This document shows positions 1 through 11,100 of a stretch of 64,000 bases of DNA, in pieces. The stretch comes from Camelus dromedarius (Eukaryota). The DNA is taken from positions 59,708,001-59,772,000 of the forward strand of contig NC_087437.1 in assembly GCF_036321535.1 (NCBI RefSeq), read 5' to 3'. The translations under genes were made by a program, and so were the position numbers. The number at the start of each line of letters is the position of its first letter. The first letter of the stretch is position 1. The notes beneath the pieces are model-generated. The model worked only from the letters and a program-made list of their open reading frames with translations, had not been told where the DNA came from and ran no database searches.

Positions 1-9
1 GTTTAAAAA

Positions 10-850
10 CTACTTGTATTTTCTCTTCTGTGACATGTCTATTCATATCCTTTGCCCATTTTCTATTGGTCTTTTTCTTATGGCTTTGTAAGGGGTTCTT
101 AAATATAAAAGGCTTTTATTTGTGGTGTAGTTTGCAATATATGTCAGGCTTTGTTTATGGTATTTCTTTCCATACTGAAATTTTTAAAAAATTATGTACT
201 TATATGTATTAGTTTCTTATAGATTCTGGGTTTGCAGTTACACTGAGAAAGAACCTTTCATGGTCTCCTATAATATTTTTATAATTAAATGTTTGACCCA
301 TTTGGAATTTATTTTGATGCAGAATATGAGGTGTAGATCCAAGTTAATTTTTCCAGACAGCTAATGATTGTACCAATTCTATTAAATAATTCATATTTTT
401 ATCACTTATTTGAAATGCCTTTAATGTGTTAGTGTATCCTTTTGGGATTTCTTTGCATTGATAATCAAAAGTGAAATTGGTTTGCAGTTTTCCTGCATGC
501 TGTTTTGGGTTTTGGTATTAGTGCTATGTGTCATAAAAAGAATTTTCCTATGCTCTGGGATAACAACTAGTATTATTGTTAAATATCCTTTTAGATTTTC
601 ATGGAATTCTGTGAAGCCACCTGAGTCTCCTGATATTTTTGGTAGCTGTTGGACAATATTTTCTCTCTGTTCTTTATTAATTTTTCTGCTTACATGATCT
701 GTCTATTTGGGGATAAATTTGGGGAATTTATATTCACTTATAAAATTATCTGTTTCATCCAGATTTTCAAAATAATTTGTATAGGGTGGAGCAAAGTAAC
801 ATCATACAAGCCTCTTAGTCTGGATCTAAGAATATTACTCTCTTATTGAG
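10..850 (-). mobile_element. Highly decayed old L1 (L1M/L1ME-type) ORF2 remnant
   Basis: T-rich plus strand with antisense L1 phrases such as tgtctattcatatcctttgcccattttctattgg and ataatcaaaagtgaaattggtttgcagttttcc. Confidence 0.55.
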
Positions 851-969
851 GAATAAATAAATAAATACAGTAAATATTAGTGAATCTTTAGATTAGGCAA
901 ATGATAAAATTAATAAATCTGAGAGCTGCTTCTTTGAGGTAAAAAAGATGAACCATTAGCTAACCTAAT

Positions 970-2400
970 CAACCACTAGTATTTTTACTGTCTCCATAGT
1001 TTGCTCTTTCCATAATGTCATATAGAATCATTTGGTTATGTAGACTTTTCAGATTGACTTCTTTCATTTACTGAGATGCATTTAAGATTTAGCCATATCT
1101 TATAGCAACTTAATGTCTCATTTCTTTTTAGCACTGAAAAATATTCTGTTATATGGAGGTACCACAGTTTATTTATCCATTCACTTTCTGAAGAACATGT
1201 TGGTTGCTTCCAAGTTTTAGCAATTATGAATAAAGCTGCTATAAAGATTTGTTGGCAGATTTTCATATGGATGTCTTAGTCAGCTAGGGCTGCTATAACA
1301 AAATACCATAGACTGGGTGGTTTAAACAACAGACATTTATTTCTCAGAGTTCTGGAGGCTAGAAGTTCAAGATCAGAGTGCTAGCATGGTCAGGTTCTGG
1401 TGAGAGCCCTCTTCCTGGCTTGTAGATAGCTGCCTTCTTGCTACATCCTCACCAGTGGAGATCTAGTCTCTCCTTATAAGGGCACTAATCCCATCATGAG
1501 GACCCCACCATCATGGCTACATCTAAAACTAATTACCTCCCAAAGGTCCCATCTCAAAATATTGTCACACTGGGGATTAGGGCTTCAATACACAAATTTT
1601 GAGAGGATATAAACATTTAGTCATTAACAGTAGATATCTGCTTCCAACTTATGTGAGTAAATACTGAGGAGTGTGATGCTGGTAAGAGTATGCTAGGTTT
1701 GTAAGAAACCCCCAGACTGTCTTCCAAAGTGACTGTACCATTTTGCATTCCCACCAGCAATGAATAGGAGTTCCTGATACTCTACATCCTCACCAGCATG
1801 TAATGTTGTGAGTGTTCTGGAGTCTAGCCGTTCTAATTGAGGTGTAGTGGGATCTCATTGTTTCAATTTGCTTTTCCCTAATGGCATATGATGTGGAGCA
1901 TCTTTTCATATGCTTACTTACCATCAGAATATCTTTTTGGTTGAGATGTCTGTTTAGGTCTTTTGTCCATTTTTTAATCAAGTTGTTTCCTTATCATTGA
2001 GTTTTAAGAGTTCTTTGCATACTTTGGACAGCAGTCCCTTGGGAGATATGATTTTGGCAAATATTTTCTCCCAGTCTATGGCTTGTCTTCTCATCCTTTT
2101 GTATCTTTCACAGAGTGGAAGTTTCTAACTCACAAATTTGTCCACATTAAGCCTTCAAGCAATCATTGATTACAGTTCAAGTTTTCCTAACTTGGTATTG
2201 GTTCCCATAGAGGGTTCTGCTCTACTACGTTGTGATTCTCTGCCCCTTCAACTTGGGGGGCAGTGGTTTGCCCTTCAACCTCCCTTCTCTGAGAGATCTA
2301 AGAAGAGTTGTTGATTTTTCAGTTTGTTCAGCTTTTTATTTGTTGTTAGGATTGAGTGGCAACTTCCAAGCTCCTTACATGCTAGACCAGAAACCAGAAG
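970..2400 (-). mobile_element. Old L1 (L1MC-like): 3' UTR and ORF2 C-terminus (970-2125) joined to a probable 5'-terminal segment (2125-2400); interrupted by an MLT1 LTR
   Basis: ORFs 1036-1266 (FIAALFIIAKTWKQP..EWINKLWY) and 1790-1981 ([20 protein letters not shown]) are L1 ORF2 C-terminal peptides. Bases 2250-2400 resemble an old L1 5' end. Confidence 0.8.
1272..1629 (-). mobile_element. MaLR solo LTR (MLT1A-like) nested in L1
   Basis: tgtcttagtcagctagggctgctataacaaaataccatagactgggtgg...catttagtcattaaca; TG..CA termini; decayed 5-bp TSD atgga/gtaga. Confidence 0.85.
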
Positions 2401-2685
2401 AACAAAATTTGGTTTTGTTTATTTTTTAAATTGTAAATAATAGGGATTTTTGCTTCTAGTTTTATCCACTTTTATTTGTATTGCATGGAGATCAAAGAAA
2501 GTCTAAAGTAGTTCTACTTCCTGGAACTTACTGAGCTTGCCTTTGTGGATGGTGGCAGGTTTGATCGTAGCTGTCATAATTCATGATGATTTCTGTTTCA
2601 GCACAGGTCAGAGGAAGGTCATGGGGACATGTAAGGAGAGGTCTGCGATAGTAACAGTTCTGCCCTATTTAGCTCTGGAGCAGAT

Positions 2686-3189
2686 TGTGGCAACTATAAG
2701 TTCTGTTTGCCCTGAACCCTTTCTCCTTCTCTTTTCTCCTGCTAGCAGAACCCTTCCTAAAAAATGAGAGCCTATCCCATGTGGATAACCCCTCCCCACT
2801 GCAAGGCTGTGCACATGATGATGGCCCAGCCAACCACAATACCCACCTTTTGGGTAACAGTGATTAGTTCAGAAACGGGCACAGGACCCAAGAAGAGCCA
2901 ATCAGAGTCTTGGCCAAATCTTACCAGGCTCCTTTGGATTCAAGTCTAGGGTGCCTTGATCTAGGGAAAGTCTGCCTGAGAATGAAACCAACAAAGAGGA
3001 AAGCAGGCTATGAGGAGAGAGAATAAAGAGCCATATTACTGCTGTTGTCACTTGAGCCCTTGAATCCTTAAGCCACTTACACCCTTTAGAACTTTCTATT
3101 TACAGGAGTTAGTAGATAACTTCCTATTTGTTTATGTGGTTTGAACTGGTTTTCTGTCACTTGCAACTGAAAGAGCCCTGACTAACACA
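2686..3189 (+). mobile_element. Old MaLR LTR (MLT1J/K/L-like)
   Basis: Starts tgtggc and ends with the typical MLT1 terminus tttctgtcacttgcaactgaaagagccctgactaacaca. Confidence 0.7.
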
Positions 3190-3246
3190 GGTACACAAGG
3201 AGCTTTGGTGGGACGTGGCGAAGAAAGACGACTGGGAGTGGAGATT

Positions 3247-3590
3247 GGAAAAATGTCTAGTCAGGTCTTCTGCCCATTTTTAATGGAGCTTTTTTGATGT
3301 TGAGTTGTATGAACTATTTATATAATTTGGATATTCATTGCTTACCAGTCATATCATTTGCAAATATTTTCTCCCATTCAATAGGTTGCCTTTTCATTTT
3401 ATCAATGGTTTCCTTTGCTGTGCAAAAGCTTTTAAGGTTATGTAAGTCCCATTTGTTTTTGTTTTTTGGTTTTTTTTTGGCTTCATTTCCTTTGGTTTAG
3501 GAGACAGACCCAAAAAATATTGCTACGATTTGTGTCAGAGTGTTCTGCCCTTGTTTTCCACTAGGGGTTTTATGGTTTCTGGACTTAGGT
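3247..3590 (-). mobile_element. L1 ORF2 fragment
   Basis: Antisense L1 text gcaaatattttctcccattc...tcctttgctgtgcaaaagcttttaag; similar to 34680-34990 in this window. Confidence 0.85.
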
Positions 3591-4061
3591 CCTAGCAGCA
3601 TGTGCCTAGCAGAGGGCTCAGTGTGCAACTGGCACTCTGCTGAGTTTACTTGAACTCACCACGTGATAAAGCCTGTCAGTAATGCAGAATTTCAGAGGCT
3701 GGTCTGACCCCTGGTGCAGAAAGCAACCCGGCAGAGTCCCCCTCTCTGCCCACCATTGGCTGTGAACTCCATCGCTGTTTAACTTGGGGAGTCAGCTCAG
3801 CAGAGCAGCCGTGAGAGAGAGGGCAGTCTGAGCCATGCTCCCAGGGGAGCATCTACCTCACCATCCTCCCTGTGCCTTGAGCCTGTGTGGGAGACGGCTG
3901 GCCATGCACCCCCAACTGCAGCACCCCCACCCAGCACGAGGCTCCTCCTTCCAAGGACTCCCCCAGGGCCAGGGACAATTTTAAATAATTCTTAGTGAGG
4001 ACACAAAAGAAATTACAGGATATGAAGTGACAGAGCCCTTAAAAAGTGTCCAGCTGGGGAG

Positions 4062-4464
4062 GTATATTAGTTTGCTAGGGCTGCTTTGACAAAACACCCC
4101 AAACTGGGTTTCTTAATAACAGAAATTTACTTTCTTACAGTTCTAGATGCTGGAATTCGCAAGTCAGGGTGTCTGCAGGTTTAGTTTCTGCCGAGGCCTC
4201 TCTCCCTGGCGTGCAGATGGCCACCTTCTCACTGTGTCCCCACATGGTCTTTCTTCTGTGCACCTGCACCCCTGGTGTCTCTTTAGCATCCAAATGTCCT
4301 CTTCTCACAAGGACACCAGTCACATTGTATTACGACTCACCCTAACAACCGTACCTTAACCTAATCACATCTTTAACAGTCCTACCTCCAAATACAGTCA
4401 TATTCTCAGATACCAGGGATTGGGGTTTCAACAGCAGTCTGGGGGGACACAGTTCAGCCCACAA
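4062..4464 (-). mobile_element. MaLR solo LTR (MLT1A/B/C-like)
   Basis: gtatattagtttgctagggctgc...ttcttacagttctagatgctgg...ggggggacacagttcagcccacaa; similar to the 1272-1629 LTR. Confidence 0.8.
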
Positions 4465-4964
4465 TTGGGAGGGAGGGCTTCTCCCTCTCTCTTCTTTGCT
4501 GCGTTGCTCTTCCTCCCCCTCTTGCTAACCGCAGTTTCTGCCCTCTCCAGGGTGGGCTACTCTGGGAGAGTGAGACGAGGCAAGGGGAGTTGGAAAGTTC
4601 TCACTCCCTGCTTCTGTGATGGTTTTCTCTGCTCCTTTTTGGAGGCCAGCTCCCACCCATTGCTGCAGACTGCTCACTGCGAACCTCTTGACTCGGTGGA
4701 CACATCACCATCCCAGCTCATCCATGCTCCTTCCCCTTCAGGCATAGGAATCTGTGCCTCCTTCCTGCTGAGGTTCACCCTGCATATACCTGCCCTTGGT
4801 CATTAAGAAGAGCATGCTTCCCTAACACAGGCTCAAGGTGGTGTGACAGGTGAGTCTATGGACCAGGGCTCGGACAAGAACTAGGCACAAAATGGGACCT
4901 GGGTCCAGGTGAGAGCTGAGCACAGGTAGAGTGGCTGTAGGTTGTAGATGGAGCTAAGCCCAGG

Positions 4965-5581
4965 TGTTCCTGAACCAAACCTAGGTCCCCTTGCCTGCCC
5001 ACAGTAGAGCCAATCTACTGACACCAGTTGTAGTGAAGGAAAATTCAGCGTTTATTGCAGGACTCCATGCAAGGAGTCCAGGCAGCTAATGCTTAGAAGG
5101 CTTGAACTCCATGATGGCGTTCAGGGAAAGGTGCTTAAAGACAGGTGAGGGAGAGGGTTGCGGGGAGTATGATCGCCTTGTGGACATCCTTTTGATTGGT
5201 TGGTGGGGAGGTAATTGGGAGTTAACATCGTTAACCTTTGGCTCCAACCTGTCTGAGGTCTGCATGCTTGTGGGGATCATACAGTTAACTTCTTCCACCT
5301 GGTGGGAGTTTCAGTCTCTGCAAAACAGCTTAAGGGACACAGCTCAGACTATTACCTGTAGCCCAAGAAGAGGAACCAAAGGTCCTTGACTTTAATGGCT
5401 AAACTATTATTTTGTCTTGCTTGACTGTTTTGCTTTGTTTTTTTAAATTTTCTCGTTTCTCTGATTTATTCTTTGGCACTCGGGGAAGGCCTAAGGCTAA
5501 ACTCTTTCTATTAACAGGAGGCAGATGGAGGACATGGGGGAGTCTGTCCTGGGAAGGCCCCGTAGGTCCTGCTGGGTTACA
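4965..5581 (-). mobile_element. ERV1-class solo LTR
   Basis: TG(ttcc)...(gtta)CA termini, 4-bp TSD cagg/caga, minus-strand AATAAA at 5056-5051, about 617 bp long. Confidence 0.8.
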
Positions 5582-5789
5582 CAGACGCATCTGGGAGCAG
5601 GTGGCTGCGGGTGGAGGAGAGAGGTGGCTAAAGGTGGTAAGTGGGCCGCCCTGGCATTATAGACTGCTTATGCATCAGTAGGATGGAATTGTTTTGCAGA
5701 GAAACTTCTCTCCCTTCCAGCCAGGAGGCGTGAGTGTTGAAACTGCAGGTCTAACAACAGGAGCTGATGTTGAATGTGTGTGTGTGAGG

Positions 5790-5990
5790 GGCCAGGCACT
5801 GTGCTCAGCACTTTGTAGGCAGGCGCTGACTCATTTAACCCTCCTGACCCTGTGGTGTATATGCACTCATCAGCCCCATTTTACAGAGGAGGAAACTGAA
5901 GCACAGAGAGGTTATGTAATGTGCCCTGGGTCACACAGCGAGAAAGCACTAGAGCTTGGGTTAACCTGGGCAGTTTGCTTCCAGGCCTTA
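5790..5990 (-). mobile_element. MIR SINE
   Basis: Core cccattttacagaggaggaaactgaagcacagagaggttatgtaatgtgccctgggtcacacagc. Confidence 0.85.
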
Positions 5991-6414
5991 TGTGATCAAC
6001 TACTGTACTATCATGCCCCTCCAAGGAGAGGCTGTTCAAAGGAGACAGTCACTCAGTGCACCAGATTTACAGCCATATGTAGGCAGACTCGGTGGGAGGA
6101 GACCATGGTGGGAGCTGGGCACCGCCTCCCCCATCTTCTCTCACAGGAGCCCTGGGTTTGGACTTGGCCCTTCTCTCCTGCTCCCCGTGACAGCTGGTGG
6201 GTAGCTGGGAGCGATCACCCCTTCATCCCCCTTTCCTTCCTCAGCCAGCACAGACAAGGTGGTCCATAGATCTTGGCTCAGCTGAAACTTAACTTCAGTT
6301 TGCCAACAATATGCAAAACCATGGGCAAGTCACTCTCCTCTTTACAAAGTTTCTTGACTTAGCAAACATAACCAATCCCATCCACTGACCTCAGAGTTCC
6401 TTCTCCCTTTTCCT

Positions 6415-6563
6415 CCAGCCCTGGATTCCCCAACCCTGGCTGCTTATTAAGGCCATTTTTGGCACTTTTTAAAATACTCATGTCTGGGCTCTCAAGTCAA
6501 TTAGATCCCAGTGGGTGTGGGGGCACCAGGTGATTCTGCTGACAGCCAGGCTGAGATCCACTG
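6415..6563. mobile_element. MER5-like hAT-Charlie MITE relic
   Basis: ggattccccaaccctggctgc...tgattctgctgacagccaggctgagatccactg. Confidence 0.55.
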
Positions 6564-7245
6564 CTCCCATCTTCCCATAAAACATCCACCTCAAGGCCAC
6601 AGGCCAGGAGTCTTTCTCTCCTCAAGGGAGATGAATCAGAGGCACTTTACTGTGACTGATTTTAGAAGCCATGGCTTTTCCCCAAGGCCATTTTTACCCA
6701 GACCAACCCTAAATAAGATGATCAGTGTTGGGCTGGTAGATCCTCAGGCCCTGGAGTGGTCTGTCAATCTGGGGGGTAGGGGGCTGGGGCATGGCACCAA
6801 CACTGGGGAAATTTCATGGCAACATGACCCATTCATCTCAGCTGAACACCCGCTCGGCTAAGAGAGGCCCGAGCCCTCCAGAGGAACTGGGGCAAAACCC
6901 TCATGAGCCAAGAGCACCAGCAAGGATAGGGCCCAGCACACGTCAGGGAAGTAGGTCCATAATTTACAAATTCAACAGGATGATTGCCTTCTGTGAAGTG
7001 TTAGCAGCTGGCAGATTGGTGCCCTCTCACAGAGCCCATCTCTTACAAGTAGTGGAAGATGAGAAATTTTCCTCAGCAGAAACGGTGGGAGTTACAAGGA
7101 ACCACGATTTAAGTTCTGGGCCCTCCTTAGCCCAGAGACAAGTTCCATTTACAAGGACACCTGCTCGTCAAGTACAGGGACAAAAGTGAAGTAACAGGAA
7201 GGGCCCTAGTTTTGCACATCAGGAGAACTGGATTTGAAGTTCATT

Positions 7246-8176
7246 GCTTACCATATATATCCCATATTGTTGAGGGATGTTCCATCTATGCCCACTTTCT
7301 GGAGAGTTTTTATTGTAAATGGATGTTGAGTTTTGTCAAAAGTTTTTTCTGCATCTATTAAGATGATCACAGGGTTTTTACTCAATTTGTTAATGTGTTG
7401 TATCACACTGATTGATTTGCAGATATTCAAAAATCCTTGCATCCCTGGGATAAATCCTGCATGATCATGGTATATGATTCTTCTAATGTGTTTTTGGAGT
7501 CAGTTTACTAGTATTTTGTTGAGGACTTGCATCTATGTTCATCAGGGATACTGTCCTGTAAGTTTCTTTTTTTGTGTTATCTTTGTCTGGTTTTGGTATC
7601 AGGGTGATGCTGGCCTCATGGAATGAGTTTGGGAGTAGTCTTTCCTCTGCAGATTTTTGGAATAGTTTCAGAAGGATAGGCGATAACTCTTCTCTAAATA
7701 TTTGGTAGAATTCACCTGTGAAACCATTTGGTCCTGGCCTTTTTTTTGTTGTTGGGAGTTTTTAAATTACTGATTCAATTTCAGTACTGGTAATTGGTTA
7801 GTTTATATTTTCTATTTCGTCCTGGTTTAGTCTCGGGAGATTGTGCCTTTCTAAGAATTTGTCCATTTCTTCTAGATTATCCATTTTATTTGTATATAGC
7901 TGCTCATCGTAGCCTCTTATGATCCTTTGCATTTCTGTGGTGTTGGCTGTAACTTCTTTTTCATTTCTGATTTTATTGATTTGGGCCCTCTCCCTTTTTT
8001 TCTTGATGAGTCTGGCTAAAGATTTATCAATTTTGTTTATCTTTTCAAAGAACTAGCTTTTAGTTTCATGTTCCAGCCTTTTCTTTGATGGCTGTTCTAC
8101 AGGTAATTATGATTTTGCTGTGCTCATGAGAGGAAGTGAGCTCAAAGTTTTTCTACTCTGCCATCTTGGCCAATCC
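7246..8176 (-). mobile_element. L1 fragment: ORF2 (7246-8070) fused directly to the first ~105 nt of an L1 5' UTR (8070-8176)
   Basis: ORF 7248-7442 ([29 protein letters not shown]) is L1 RT. Bases 8070-8176 align by eye with the L1 5' terminus at 42657-42763. Confidence 0.85.
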
Positions 8177-8189
8177 CTGAAAGATTTTT

Positions 8190-11100
8190 TTTTTTTTTGA
8201 AGTACAGTTGATCTACAATGTTGGTTAGTTTCAGGTATACAGAAAAGCGATTCATTTACATACATATTTCAGATTCTTTTTTGTTATAGGTTATTACAAG
8301 ATATTTAATATAGTACCCTGTGCTATACAGTAAATTATCTACTATTTTATATATAGTACTGTGTATCTATTAAACCCATAGAAGTTATTATTTTATTTTT
8401 TGGATGTGATTTTAAAAGAGATTTTTTTCACTTTCCCTTTCTGATCTTTTATTGTTAGTGTAAAGAAATGCAACAGATTTCTGTATGTTAATCTTATATC
8501 CTGCTACTTTGCTGAATTCATTTATCAGCTCTAATATTTGTTGTGTGGAGTCTAGGTTTTTCTATATATAGTACCATGGCATCCATATATAGTGACAATT
8601 TTACCTCTTCTCTTCCAGTTTGGATCCCTTTTATTTCCTTTTCTTGTCTGATTGCTATGGGTAGGACTTCCAATACTATGTTGAATGGTATTGGTGAGAG
8701 TGGGCATCCTTGTCTTGTTCCCGATTTTAGTGGGAAGACTTTCAGCTTTTCACCATTGAGTGTTATATTGGCTCTAAGTTTGTCATAAATAGCTTTGTGT
8801 GTGTGTGAATTTTATTTTATTTTTTCTTTCATTTTTCAGTTTTATTAGGTAAAATAGATACAGTTTGACTGCACATATACAATGTATTGCACATAAATAC
8901 ATATATACAACATAATGTACACATTTTTTAAATTTACATATATGTACTGTTCATTATTTCTAAGGACACTTTAGAGCTTGCCTTTTAAACTTACATAGTT
9001 ATCAAAGGAATAAAACCAACCACAAAATAAGAATTCACAGAATGTAGTAATCCAGTGATAAAGGACAGTCAAATGTGCTTACACATATTCAGTAAATCAA
9101 TCATCTAAGTTACTAGTTTTTGTTACATTGAGATATATTCCTTTTTTATCTACTTTGGTAAGAGATTTATCACGAATGGATGGTGAATTTTATCAAATGC
9201 TTTTGCTGCATCTATGGAGATGATCATGTGATTTTTGTCCTTTCTTTTGTTGATGTGATGTATCACATTGATTGAGTTGTATATGTTGAACCATCTTTGT
9301 GTCCCTGGGTGGAATCCAACTTGATTGTAGTGTATGATCCTTTTTATGTGTTGTTAGATTCTGTTTGCTAATGTTTCATTTAGAATTTTTGCAATTATAT
9401 TCATTAAATATATTGGCCTGCAATTTTCTTTTTTGGTAGTGTCTTTTTCTGGCTCTGGTATCAGGGTGATGGTGGTTTCACAGAATGAGTTTGAGAGTAT
9501 TCTCTTCTCTTCCATCTTTTGGAAGTGTTTGAGAAGGATCAATATAAGTTTTTCTTTGTGTATTTGGTAGAATTCCCCAGTGAAGCCATCTGGTCCTGAA
9601 TTTTGATTTGCAGGGAGGCTTTTTTATTACTGATTCTATTTCACATCTAGTGATCAGTCTGTTCAACTTATCTATTTCTTCTTGATTCATTTTTGGTGAA
9701 CTGTGTGTTTCTAGAAAGTTGTCCATTTCTTCTAGGTTGTCCAGTTTGTTGCCACATAATTGTCCACAGTATTCTCTTATGGTTGTTTGTATTTCTGTGG
9801 TGTTGGTTGTAATTTCTTCTCTTCATTTCTTACTTTGTTTATTTGTGTCCTCTCTCTTTTCTTCTTGGTGAGCCTGGCCAGAAGTTGGTTGATTTTATTT
9901 ACTCTTTCAAAAAACCAATTCTTGGTTTGATTGATATTTCCTATTGTTTTTTAATCTGTATTTTATTCACTGCCTCCCTGATCTTTATTGTTTCTTTCCT
10001 TCTGCTAACTTTGAATTTTGTTTGATCCTCTTTTTCTGATTTTTTTAGGTGGTAGATTAGATTGTTTATTTGAGATTGTTCTTCTTTTTTGAGAAAGGCC
10101 TGTATTGCTATGAAATTCCCCCTTAGGACTGCTTTTGCTTCATCCCATAGATTTTTTGTGGTTGTGTTTTCATTGTCATTTGTCTCAAGGTACTTTTTAA
10201 TTTCCTCTTTGATTTCATCATTGACCTTTTTTTTTTTTTTTAAGCATGTTGTTTAGTCTCCACAAGTTCATTTTTCTCTCATTCTTCTTTCTGTGGTTGA
10301 TTTCTAGTTTCATACTTTGTGGTCAGAAAAGATGTTTGAAATAAGTTTTGTCCTCTTAAATTTGTTGAGGCTTGTTTTGTGACCTAGTATGGGGTCAACC
10401 CAAGAGACTATCCCATGTGCATTTGAAAGTGCGAATTCTGGGGTTTTTTTGGATGTAGTGCCTGGTAGATATCAATTATTGCCAACTGTTCTGTCACTTA
10501 GGATCTCTGTTGCTTATTGATTTTCTGTCTGGAGGATCTTTCCATTGATGTCAGCAGGATGTTAAAGTTGTATGCTATTGTATTCCTCTCAGTTTCTCCC
10601 TTTATGTCTGTTAGTATTTGTTTTATATATTTAGGTGCTCCTATATTGGGTACATACATGTTAATGGGTATAATATCCTCTTCTTCTACGGATCCCTTTA
10701 TCATTATATAATGTCCTTTGTCTTCCTTTATGGACTTTGATTTAAAGTCTATTTTTGTCTTATGTGCATATTGCTATCCCTGCTTTCTTGTCTCCATTTG
10801 CATGGAATATCTTTTTCCATTCTCCCACTTTCAACCTATGTGTGTCTTTCAGCATAAAGTGAGACTGTTGTAGGCAACATGTTGAAGGTTCTTTTTTTTT
10901 TTTTCATCCAATCTGCCACTCTGTGACTTTTGATTGAGGCATGTAGTCCATTGACATTTAAAGTTATTATTGAGTATGTATTTATTGCCATTTTAAGCCT
11001 TTTTTTCCAGTTGACTTTGTAGTTCTTTTTGTTTTTCCTTTTGTAGTTTGATGGTTTTTCTTTTGTATTATGCTTGAGTTCCTTCCTTTTTAGTTTTTGT

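Noticed and set aside
5694..6269. 191-aa ORF
   Set aside because: It runs through a MIR (HFTEEETEAQRG is translated MIR core) and starts at a non-ATG codon.
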